Below, piece after piece: positions 27,901 to 40,099 of a stretch of 64,000 nt of DNA (its first letter is position 1; each line of letters opens with the position of its first letter). The translations under genes and the position numbers were made by a program. A model generated the notes under the pieces. That model was not told the origin of the DNA. It made no database searches and was given only the letters and a program-made list of their open reading frames with translations. Origin of the DNA: Cycas panzhihuaensis (Eukaryota; Plantae; Cycadophyta). The stretch lies in the NCBI GenBank assembly GCA_023213395.1, contig CM041465.1, forward strand, positions 180,551,741-180,615,740, in the 5' to 3' direction.

Positions 27901-28900
27901 GCTTCCATCCATGCTATAGGCACCATCTCCCATGGATCGCCTATCATCTTATTCGATCCTCGAGATCTCCCACCTCCTAGTAAATGGGAGAAGCTTTTAC
28001 ATTACCCATTCATCATTACTATTGATACCCTTGATTTCATCATAAAGAGGACTATCGTAGATCAAATCTCCTCAGTAAATGCTATGCCTGCGTGCATGCT
28101 CAAGGAGCTAGGCATAGTGGATCTTGAGTCTATCCCTTGGAAATGCCAAGGGTATGACGAGACTGAGAAGTCCCCCTTAGGGATAGTCTCTCTTTTCCTC
28201 ACCTTAGGAGGGAAGACCATTTCTGTTGATGTTGTTGTACTCGATATCGATGTGGAGTACAACCTCCTATTAGGCCGACCATAGCTCGATCAGATCGGAG
28301 AAATCTACTCCTCACATTATGGATAGCTTAAATTTATCCATGAAGGATGAGTTAAAGTTGTCACTTGTGAGCTTATGCCATCTTACACTTCTTATCCAGC
28401 CTGCCAAGTTGTCTTCGATGATGAAGATAGAGATCCTGAGGAGGCTATCCCTTCCATAGGGACCCTTTTTTAGGAGACTGATCTTCATCAAACAGAACCT
28501 ATGCCTTGTCATGAGCCAAACCTAGTCAGGTTTACCCCTATTGGCATGGGTAATTACGATTAAGTAGTCATCATGGGTGATTCTGAGTTGGATAGTGAGG
28601 GCCATGAGCCCCCTCCTCGGCAAGTCACCTTGGATTTGCACATACCTAAGGAGAGATCCTGATCAGATATTCCCTCTTCTCCCTATTCTACATTAGCTCC
28701 TGAGTCGCTAGTTCTAAACCAACTATTTCTTTGATCTTCTCACCCTTCCTAAGTGGCTTCATGTAGGCATCCACATCGATGAACCACTCGTAGGGGTACT
28801 TCTTCTTCATGATCTAGGTCCTTAACCTTGCCATATGATCTATCGCGTGTTAGGTCCATCGCACTCATATGGTTCTGACCAAAACCATTTTACTCATAGG
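25000..28900 (+). pseudogene. gag-protease polyprotein of E2, many stops and frameshifts
   Basis: Gag core EVPKFDRTSSQDPTEHV...FPQSLQGNTLKWFY ~26480-26630. Retropepsin IVDQISSVNAMP...DIDVEYNLLLGRP ~28000-28300. Confidence 0.82.
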
Positions 28901-29699
28901 CCTAGTTGTATAGGGCTTACCCTTCATCATCCATCTCCATGCCTCATGTGACCTATCCCTACCTCTATGTAGGCTTGTCACACCACTTCTCTCTCTCTCT
29001 CTCTCTCTCTATTTTTTCTCTAAAATGAGCCTAAACTACCACCCTAAGCATGTCCCCATTCCCCTTAACTACAGGTGGAATGGTAATTTAGGGTGGCCTG
29101 GGTTCCTCTTATGGAACCTCTCGTCCTCTCTCCTATGGGGGCCTTGTCCTCCTAATTTGGTGTTCGGTCCCTATTGCTCCTAAGCCTAGGGGCACTCCCC
29201 AACTAGGATGGTGTGCTCGAGTATCATTACTCCCTTTCTCACTAATGCTTCTTTTGCATATCTCACTATGCTCCTATGTGGACATGTATGGTCCCCTATC
29301 TTTTATCCCTACATATGCCTATCACTGATGCTCATGGTGATCGTGCGTGCTTGCTAAGAGTGTGGCCCTACATGAAAGGAAGTACATGCAATACAAACAA
29401 TCCTATAATACTAACCAAACCATGTAATAATCAACTCAAACCATCATGATCTATAGCTCTTTGTACATTTGTATACTCATATATGTACATATCCATAAAA
29501 CATATAGCAAATACATCATCATACACCATCATAACATCATCATCATACACCAAATGGAGTATCAATCACCCCGTATATACATAAAAATCATAATGTGTCA
29601 TATCATACAAATGGTATGGTACATCATCTACGAGAAGCCAAAATCCTTGCAGGGAGGAGTATAATCATGTGGTAACATATGGTGACTCCCTAGAGGTCT

Positions 29700-31680
29700 A
29701 GTGCTTTTCCCAAATCAAAACCTAATAGACCCTACTCCATGGTGATCCTCTACTTATGGCATGTCATCTCCTGGTTGATGTGATCCCTCCCTAGTGGACC
29801 ACATCCCTCCTAAGCTCCTGTTACACCTTTGGGAGTTCCCTGCCTCACTCCCTTCATCTCGAGGCCTCCTTGGCATCACTGCCATCGTGTGAGTATGAGT
29901 CATACTCCATGATGACCTTGACACCATCTGATCTACCAGCTAATCGTATCACGCCTGGATATGATACCTCTCACCCTCTACTCCTTAGAGCCTCTCCTCC
30001 ATCCCTTGGAGCTGCTCCTCTAGTACTGCTACATGGATATGACTCTCCACGTCACTCTCAACTCCTCCCTGACTCTCTAGTGCCTAAACCCAACCTCGTA
30101 GGATATCTCTCTCTACTCTGGTCCCATCCAACTCCCCCTGTAGTTGTCCCACTCTTGCCTTATACTCCTAGGACTCTACTACCCACACGTCTCTAGCCCT
30201 AACCAATGGGGCAAATGCTACTATATGAGCCCTTGCTAACTATGGCTCCTCTCCCATCTAGATGAGGGGATGCCCCTCTGTGTAGGCCTAAGGGAATATC
30301 TCTTAGACTACCACCTCCACCAACCTCCCCATCTCTACTACTCCTGCAAAGTCAAATGCACTACATGTTCGTATATATATATCCGTATATGTATACCAAA
30401 TAAACTAAATCAAAACAAAGCATCTAGATACCTGGTGATTAGAAGACGATAGGAAAAGGTAATGTCTCATCTCTTAGGACTGCAGGCTCCTTGACTTAGA
30501 TGATCACCTCCTCCTTAGGACCTCCCCCAGCTACTGGTACCTCCTCCTCCTCTGGTACCAACTTACCAATAACCTGACCTATCGAAGCATCACCTCCACC
30601 CTCCTCATCTATCACTACCGCTACTACTTGAGATCTCCCAACTATCTGTAATCTCTTAACTAGTGTGTAAGGTGGCCTGCCTCTCCCTATAGCTCTTGAA
30701 GGAGCTACCTCTCCTTTTGCAGTCCCCGAGGGCCCTGCCTCACCATGTGCTACTCCTTATGGGCCAACCTCATCACCTCCATCATCATCATCATCAGGAC
30801 CACCTCCTACTCGTCTTGATCTACCTGCCTCATCATCACTGTCCCACCTCACCCCTTTATATGGGTCTGCCATATAGTCTACCATGGTGAGGAGGTCCAA
30901 TGATGTCACCTCCACCAAGCATCAGACGTGTGCCTAGTCCTTGGTCCCCCTGAAACAAGTCTTCCACCTATGGACCATGGTAGCCCACACTAATATAGGG
31001 TGTGGCCCTCCTGGTGGTGCCACTACCCCAAAGTGGTAAAAAAACTAGCACTGTAGTAGCGTGCTATATGAGAAACCTCCCCTCCCTGTCACCCTGATGG
31101 CATCTAGCTAGGCAATCATGTTCGTCGCTACCAGAGTGGCCCAATCCAACCTCTCTCTGCCCTTGCATCTCCTTACCACCTCCATCCAGTTGCTAGGAAT
31201 GTCTCTATAGTTCTGTTTCTAGGAGATCTAAAATAAAATGCCTAGTGTGACCAATTTCCTCATCTAAGGAACCTGTGATATAACCATAATCTGAGCAAGT
31301 ATCCCTCTCCTCTACCACCTATCTTGGCCTATGAACAAAGTAGTTGCCTCCCTATGTGCAGTGTCATTGCTAGGTAGTGCCCCTAGCGATGCCAGTGTTC
31401 CTGTTGCTGGTACTCCCAAGATCATTTAGATGTCTTCTAGTGTGATGGTGACATCTCCTACTTGGGTGAGATGGAATACATACTGTCGACAATCCCAATA
31501 GGTGATAATATCAACTAAGAGACACTGGTTTGAAGTGTACTGTGGCATCCTGATTATCTTCAACAAGCCACATCTCCCTAGTGTCTGCATATCCTCCTGA
31601 GACATCATCTCCATAAAACTCATCATTGCAACATTGATATTCTCATGGTTGTCCACTATGATAACCACTTGTCAAACACC
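29700..31680 (-). pseudogene. Antisense plant mobile domain (PMD, aminotransferase-like) plus coiled-coil gene of E2, with an intron at 30344-30431
   Basis: LLVDIITYWDCRQYVFHLTQVGDVTITLEDI*MILGVP matches the PMD signature (W...THTFH..GE.TITLEDV..LLGLP). GT-AG U-rich intron, then a Glu/Arg-rich heptad exon. Confidence 0.78.
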
Positions 31681-32949
31681 TAAGAATGAGTCAAAACACT
31701 AATATGTCTATATACCTACCCTTAAGATTGTCCCTCACCCCTCATTGGCTAAGTTCAACACTCCTTTGGGCTATCCTTTACTTTTTTCTATATGTAGGTC
31801 TCTGCCCCGTGCTAAACTCCATAATACTGCAGAGTTTAGTATATGGCCCCACTGAGTTTTCAACGCGACTCAATGGCCTTGTGGTAAATTCTGCAGCACC
31901 ACAATCTTTGCCATGGGACCTTCCATATCCCCACAAAAAGGGGGGGGGTTTGCCCTAGAAAAACCTAAAGTTTTTCCTAGTGGGCCCTACTTAGGCCCAA
32001 CAGGACTAGATCTACCTAATGCCCTGGTCCTCTTTCTCTTTTAGCCTAAGTTGGACCTCGATAGATCCCAGTTTGCCCTTTAGGGGCTAAAAATTACCTA
32101 ATAAAAATGTAAAACTACATTAATTTTAAATGACAAAATGGAAAGGTTAAGGGATGATCCACTCACTGGATCTGGCTTGGCCACTAACATCTCATCTCTT
32201 GGGTCCTAACAACTATCTCTTTGCCTCAATCTGATGCTCTAATCTCCCTTTACATGCCTCCAAAGTTAGGCGATGCTCCACTGCATAAAGAAAAGGGCTC
32301 TAGATTGATCGTGAGCTCATGAAAATGAATCCTATTTTCATTGTGTTTTCCTTATATAGGTGCCCCCATCCCCCTCCCCCCACCCCTCCCTGATGGCTAC
32401 CTTCTCCTTTTTTCCTCCCGCGATAGCCCTCAGGACCATCTCTTTCTCTCCTCATTGCTTTTGCCTTCTAGGCTTATTAGCCATTTTGCCTCGATGGCGC
32501 CTTTCTCTCTATATCTTTTTGGGTGTATTTATGACATCTCCTTCAGTCTCGTAAAGGCCCCTTCTACATCAGTTTTTGCACCATCTCTGAGTGTGCCCAT
32601 GTTTATACCTTTTTGGCTCATTTAGTCATCCTAAAACCATTTTCACCACCCTTTTGGACCTTTGGGGCTCCCAAAGGAAGTGCCCTCCCATCCAAGACTG
32701 CACCTTGCTTCCTTTAGCAATCTTTGGGACCCTAGAGGGGCCGTTCCACCACCGATTCTTTCCCATCTGCCAAGTTGGCCTCCTCATCCTCAGGTAGCCT
32801 CATCCTTAGGTTCTACTACCCTTCATGGCCCTATTATTAGCCACTTGATTCCTGCATGACTGTTTCACCACATTGGATTCCTTTTGCTCATTAATCCCAC
32901 TAGCACTTTTTTCCTTCACTCTCCTTACCAAGATCTCTATCCTCTTTAC

Positions 32950-33350
32950 CATGTCATTACTCGTCTTTACTGATAGTGGAAGTCGCAATAACCCTGGCCC
33001 CTCCATTGCTGCATGGATCCTCTATGACCCATCCAAACATAACTTTATGCATTCTGGAGTCTTCCTTCCTGAGGCCACTAATAATAAGGCTGAGTACACA
33101 TCTGTTATTGGGGGCCTCACTGACGTGCTTCATTTCTACCATGGGCCTATTGTCCTTTTTTGTGACTCTTAGGTTGTGGTGTATCATCTCACCTAGGTCT
33201 ACCAGGTGCATTGCCCATGCCTAAGGGCCCTCGTCTTAATTGGTAGATCTCTTTTGGCAGACTTCTCTTCTATCGATATTCAAACACATCCCTCAGGATC
33301 TCAATGCTGAGGTAGATAACATCATCCATCTCATCCTTGAGCATTGCCTT
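32950..33350 (+). pseudogene. Archaeal-type RNase HI (aRH) of E2
   Basis: LLVFTDSGSRNNPGPSIAAW...EATNNKAEYTSVIGGL...LFCDS*VV...HIPQDLNAEVD. Confidence 0.88.
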
Positions 33351-33830
33351 CCTCTCCTTAGTGACTCCATTTAAGAGACTTTCTAGTCACCAAGGCACCC
33401 AAGTCTTGAGTCAACCCCCTTCCCTCATGTCGTGATACATTTGCACCTCTAAAAGACAACTACTAATGAGAATAAACTATGGCGACTACCATGTTTGTTT
33501 CTACCCTTAGCACCACTTTTAGCACGTAATCCCCACCATCCTTTGACTTACTCATGGACATCACCACCCTTTTTCTTGTACTCCTATGATAGGGGCATCC
33601 CCCTCATCCGTTATCATTGCCAATCTGATATAGGACTACCCATAGGTAGCCCCTATATTACCTCTCTCCCATCTCCATGCCCATGTGTTCTGCCATGACA
33701 CTCACCATCACCCTTGGATTAAATAATTATCATGTTTATTTGTATGTACATATATTGCTAATGTTTTGTTGTTAGCATTAGCCATCACGTTATGCTTCTG
33801 AGCAGTGAGGCTCTGCTGCCAAGAGGGTAG

Positions 33831-36800
33831 TGTTTTACAGCTACCAAGAATGGGTATGGACATGTCAAATCAGGTAAGCGTAGGTACACTTCTATCCCTT
33901 GTCTTAGTCACTTTTTAAGAAAGGTAAGTTGAAGCATCTATGTTCCACTGCATGATTGATAGATTCATTTGAGTGATCATCTTGCATCTGTTGCTTAATT
34001 ATACCATATGTCATTGTTCTAGCCTATGACGATCCAGGGATATTAATCCCAATGGTACTCCACAACCCTCCTTTATCTCCACAATGTCCTAAGTACCTTT
34101 GGGCCTCTGTAGTATAGCCTCATCACCCGCTGGTGTATTACAACCCCTGGCACCTTGCGCATGCTTGGTTGGTACCTTCCAACTATTTATCAACTTTTCT
34201 TGGAATATTTAGCCTTCAATACCTATTTGTTGAAGGCTTTCCTTAGCCCCATATCCCTTTCTTGACATTTAGATAGACTGCCATGCCTCTTAGGCCCAAT
34301 TTGCCCTCTCTTTTAAGCTCCTAGCCCTCTTTCTTTTTTTATTTTTGACTATTTTATGTCACACTATGCTAAAGATTGTAGCACCACTGTAAACTTCATG
34401 GTACCATAGAGTTTACTATGGTGTGACCATCACAAATCATTTTTTAAAATCTACCATGGTAAATTCTACATTTATTACGAAATTGCCACATAGCTTAGGC
34501 TTATTCCTGGCCCCAGTCAAACCTTAATCACTTGATTATGGCTAGGGTTGGGTATAAAAACCAAAAACAACATCATTTCCTCCTCTTCTAACTCTCTTTC
34601 ACTCAACTCTCCTAGCACTTCTCCAGAAAAATTCCCTACAACAAGGATAGAGCCTGCAACATCAACGTTCTAGCCTGCCATCAGTCTCTTGCAGCTCTAG
34701 ATATGTTGTTACAGGCCTGTAGTATGGCTAGCAAAGAGAAGGATGCACTCTAATTGCTTCACCAAGTCCAGATCCACTTTCTTCACTCCAACTTCCTGCC
34801 ATCTTGTTGCTCTTCATGGTTTCTCTTACAAACCTTATAGGGTGGGTCTCTTCCATCTATTTTACTAGTAGATCTACCTTTGATCTACCCATACCAGATA
34901 CTCCTGAGCCAATATTTTATCTTTCTTTTGGTTTAAGCAATACAAACATCATTTGTTAGCACTCTTACATTATTTTTTCTTTTAGTTTTCACCATAAGAA
35001 GGAGGCAAACCCTTCGCACCTTGCTCATCTCTCTCTTTTCCTCTAGGTTCTTCCTTAGTTGCTGCAAGGGGGTAGCAAAGAAGAGATTTTCTATAGAGAG
35101 TGAAAGGAGTAAAGGTATAGTTCTGCACCCAACATGCCTTTTCCTTAAGGGCATCCCCCTTCTCTCCTCACCTCTTCTTCCTCTATGCCTTCCTGGAGCT
35201 CCCAATAGGCCGTTGGAAAGAAGACCATTGCTGACAGCATCATAGGTAGCCATTTGTTGTGCTCACAACCAACTTTGTAGGTTCTACATGAGGGAATTCC
35301 ATCCCTCCATCCCATAGTTTCTTGTGCCTTTGGCCTAACCATATGAAGGTTACAATAGTTGCAGATTACAACTTTTGCAACATTGGCAGCATTGGTAATA
35401 TTTTCCCTTACTTTCTCACTTGCATCTCAAGGGTTTATTGCCCTCAACTTGTCTCATCTTCCCTAGTACTTGGACAATGTGGAGCACACTCGATCAGGAG
35501 GGTTAGCCATTCCAAGGCTATCCATCCCCCTTCTCCCTTTGCCCCCTTTTTTCCCATGATTGCTTACTAAAGGGTGTAAAAGGAACAAGGAGTAATGTTA
35601 TAGTAAATAACATTTCTTTTGGTTGAGAATTGTGAATTTTATTATTTGTTATATTGTGTATCTATCCCATGTGTACTTGGTATCCCTTGGGAAATGGTGA
35701 ACTTGGTTTGATTTGCAGGTCACCTTATTATATGTAGAGAGTGAAGGAAAATCCACTAGGTACATTTTTGTCCCTATAATTGGTACTTCTTTTGCTCTCC
35801 AAATTGTAAGTTAAAGTTGTATTAGTTTTTTGCATTTTCTTGCACTACTTTCCTTGCCATTTCCTTTCCTTTTGGCTTGGGGAAGTTAAGGGAACCCCTC
35901 CTTTCTTCACTGGCACCATCCTGCACCGTCTATGATTGGAGAAGGATGATGGTGACAAGTACAACAAGGACAACGTTGCTTTAACTATCATATTCTAGGT
36001 ATGCCTTGAGCTTTCCTTTTTCCCCTTTTCTCTCTCTCTTCTCCCCCCTTCACCCATACATTATTCGGAAAAAGGAAAAGACAAAGAACTAGTTTTGTTC
36101 ATCTACTATCAACTAGTTTGCTTACTTTCGTAGGAAAATGCATGTAGTAAGAATCTCACATATTCGCATGCTTATCTCATTGCATTTCTTAGTAAGTTTA
36201 CATCTTTTTTGTTCGTTTACATCATGTAGCTGTTATTTGTACTCTTCCTTTCTTTTTCTTGCTTTTGCATTCAAAAGGCAAAGAGAGAAAGGATATCTGT
36301 ATAAGTAAACGAGAGTGAGTTGTGTATTATTTTATTGCCTTGAAAAGTTACTCTTACTTTATATATGAGATCACACTATTGCATATACCACATCACTTAG
36401 CAACCAATCAACGTAAATGTTGAGATGCCCATTATTTGATCTCTATTCCCAAGATCTTCTTAGGTCTAGCATTTTGGGGATACCCCCTTCTTTTAGAGTT
36501 GCTCTCTTAGTTGCCTCCACTCAGATTGATCAAACCATTCAGGCATCGCGATTTTAGGTCAATACCCAACCTGTGAGGTTAGTCCCTTTCCTAATCCCCC
36601 ATGTACGTGTGCTACCTACCTTCTCTACTAGAGTCATTGCCTTTACACTCCCTGTTTATGTGAGGAGCCATTCCCTCACTCACCCTTGCCTCCCTCCTTC
36701 GACCATCCAAGGGGGAGAGGACCTAGGTCTTGAGGTTACTTGATAAACTAAGGATATCCCACATACTTTCCACCCTTCAGACCAAAGCTGAGTTACCTAA

Positions 36801-36966
36801 AAGGGGGTTGGGCACCATTCGTGGGTCTCAAACCTATGTTTTGACGCACAGACTCCCTTTGTGGGTGATCTCTTTCACTTGCTAGATTGATCCTAGATTC
36901 TAAAACCCTTTGTTGATTGATCTAATCTTAACCGACTGTGGTTACCATCCCATAGGCATGATTCCA
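33831..36966 (+). repeat. 3' LTR of E2
   Basis: TG...CA termini, follows the PPT and precedes TSD ccctc. Confidence 0.93.
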
Positions 36967-36971
36967 CCCTC

Positions 36972-38545
36972 CATCCCGTAGCTAGCCACCCTACCATGAT
37001 AAGCCCAGTAACTAACTTATATCTCCAACCTCGAGAAAGTCTTCTATATGTTTTTTAACCAAACTCAAAATCTCCTTGGGGATATCCTCATCCCATTCCA
37101 TTGATATCTTATTAGAGACCCCTCGATTGGCCACCTTATCAACTACCCCATTTCCTTCTTTGTACTTGTGGTAGATCTAGTAACTTTCTTTAGCCCTAAG
37201 GATATCTTGAACATCTCTAATTATAACATTTGTGTTCTAGTCAGCCTCTATTTCCCCTATAATTATCTTTATCACATTTAGGGAATCTCCTTTGATAATA
37301 ATCTTTCTACAGTTTTTCTCAGAGGACAGCTCCACTGCCCTCTGCATAGCCTTAAGTTTTGCCATGTGTGTAGTTTGTTACCCATAGTATTTCGTGAAGG
37401 CCCATAGGACCCAAGCCTTCTAAATTTCTACATATACCACCCCTTCTAGCCTCTCCTAGGTTGCCTTTTTATGCTTCATCAAAATCTATTTAAACCCAGG
37501 TTTCCTTTAGAGGGTGCTAAGTGCAGTGTCTCCTCATCTCTATAGAGAGTTTAGGTATGTTTATCCTCCATCTCTCCATGATGCTACCCTCAAGTTCTGA
37601 GATACTCTTCTCTTCATTTATTTTAGCAGACTCCATAATAATAGCACAAATAAATCCATGGAGTCTAACCTCATCCATCTCCTTCTCCTAAAATATTCTC
37701 TCATTTCCTTCCTTCTAAAGATTCCATAGCAACATTGATGTAACACTTTTCCAAAAATAACCCAAAGGCTTGCTTTTAAATGAACACCCCCACATCATCA
37801 CTTGTTCTTTAAGGGTCTTGGGGGTCACCTAATCCACCCCAAATTGGTTCCAAATAAGCTTCTAAACCTCTCTAGAAAAGAAACAATGTATACTAATATA
37901 ATCCAATGACTCCTCATCTTTTTTGCATAACACACACCCATTTAGAATGGAAAAACCCCTCTTTTGGAGGTTATCCATTGTTATGATCTTATTTCTCAAC
38001 TATAACCACCAAAAGACCACCACTTTGGGGATTACGCCTAACTTCCACGCTCCCTCCATTATGGACTTTTTAACTACACCCCTATACTTACAAATAGCCT
38101 AGTACCCCTGTTTCACCAAGTATTCCTTAGAAGGAGAGGGAGCCCATACCATGGAATCTTCCCTTGCCCTTTTAGGGATATAACATCAGTCAATCTCTTT
38201 TTTAAGTGCAATAATACCTTCCTTTATAATTTGGTCCTTACAATTCCTCAAAAGTTCTCTAACTTTAGGTTCAAACTTGCCCCTCCTAGTAATTCTGTAC
38301 CTTTTTTCCATAGACTCTCTCACACATATCCTACAGGTGGCTAAGGCTAGGTTTGCCTTTCAATCGAGAGTTACTACACCACACATCGTCCCAAAAGTTT
38401 TTGCTTTTAGCATTCCCCAACTTCCACCTCATTCTTGAAACTAGGATAGGTCTCGCTTGCATTATACTTCTCCATATCGATGATCCAATGGTAATTTTAA
38501 TTTCCTCCTCTAAAAAATACTTTCCCCCAAAGTATTTATAGGAGA
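36972..38545 (-). pseudogene. LINE ORF2 C-terminal part: zf-RVT and RNase H-like domain
   Basis: WKLGVIPKVVVFWW...MDNLQKRG...CVLCKKDEESLDYISIHC ~37880-38050, followed by IDFDEA*KGNLG ~37455-37490. Confidence 0.75.
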
Positions 38546-38653
38546 GAATTTGTTAAGAATCTAATCCTTATCTCTCTTCTTCCCAAATCTTATATTTTTA
38601 TTCTTATAATTATCCCACATTCATAAGTCTAAGAGATGGGCAATCTTAATAGC

Positions 38654-38656
<3 letters not shown>

Positions 38657-38692
<36 letters not shown>

Positions 38693-38696
38693 TAGA

Positions 38697-38734
<38 letters not shown>

Positions 38735-38792
38735 TAGATAGATATATGTATGTATGTATGTATGTATATATGTATGTATGTATGTATGTATG
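38657..38792. repeat. Compound (TA)n/(TAGA)n/(TATG)n microsatellite inside the E3 5' LTR
   Basis: Direct reading. Confidence 0.95.
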
Positions 38793-40099
38793 TAATGTAG
38801 GAGTGAGGATCATCTGAAAGTATTGTGATCTTATGTATTGGATGTTGCCCCCTCAAAGAGGCCCATCGATACATATAATTACAGATGCTTTACACTCTTA
38901 TATATAATTTTGGCTCTTGTGTTACCATATGTAATTGGATTTCTCTCTTTTAATTCAGGTTTATTACAATTGGTATCAGAGAAATGATCTGGGAGGTGCC
39001 ATTAAGGGTTTTTGGAGGGTGAATTTGAGACAAAATTACTCACCCTATAAATTTTGAGTGGTTGCACTATAGATTTTAGGATGAAAGTACAAAAATTATA
39101 GCAAAATTAATTTCGGTTTACTTCTTTTCTATCACCATATTTTTAAGATAGATCTATAACCTGAACTTCAAAGAACCATAACTTTGGCTACATGTATCCA
39201 AATGACCTCAATTTTTTTTTTTTTATTCTATGTGTTTTTTAATTTACTTTCTAATGGAAGTGGTTTTGAGTTGATAGGAGTTCATAGTCAAAAGTTATTA
39301 GTATTTTACTAGTAGGTACTATTATAATCCCTAAAAACCCTAATATTGAATTTCTTAAAAGAGACATAACTTTTGATCTGGATATTAGAATTTAATTTCA
39401 TCTAAACTATTGGAATCATATTTTAGAGGTCATCATTTTAATCTATATTTTATGTATTTTTTTAACTATATTTTTTAGAGAGAAATAGTTTTGTCATTTT
39501 CTCTTAATAATTTATAGTAGTTTAGTTTTTGTTCATAATCTTTTTAGTTGGACTAGGCTAGAGACCTTGTACTAGGGGTATATAAATATCATGAGGTACT
39601 GTCATTTTGGGCTAAGCACATTGTGGATTTTCTACCCTTGTATGAAGGATTTGAGATCACACTCTTGAAACAAGCCTTAGATAGAACTTAGTTACAAAAT
39701 TGAGCCGCCATGTACCTATGAGTATATACGAGGACCCCCCTAGGCATTCCTAGTATAGGTAACTATAAGAGACTTATTGGCTATCTATAATTTGGAGTGC
39801 ACTAGTAAGTGGCTAGCTCCAGGAAGTTACTCTCCACATACCCTATAGATGGGGTAGTACAACTGTAGAGTAGAACATTAGCCTCTACAAGTTGATATTA
39901 TTTATGACTAGGATCAGTATAATGGAGGGCCTACGAACTAGATAATCCCAGACTTAGAAATCCCTATGTTATTTGTCTTCATTAGTTTAACTCCAATGAC
40001 TAATCCCTTATTGATTTATTTTTAGTAGATATATTTTTTCTAGATACCCTTTATAAAGCAAACATTCAACTTCGATCAGGTCTTGTAACCACGGCCCCA

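Larger units (their letters stand above)
21843..36966 (+). mobile_element. Tat-like Ty3/gypsy element E2, structurally complete (15.1 kb), lacking RT and integrase
   Basis: Two ~3.13-kb LTRs, perfect TSD CCCTC (21838-21842 / 36967-36971), PBS tggtaaccatactaggga 24979-24996, PPT aagagggtag 33821-33830. Confidence 0.93.

Noticed and set aside
38629-38874. YIYI-rich ORF
   Set aside because: Translation of a microsatellite.
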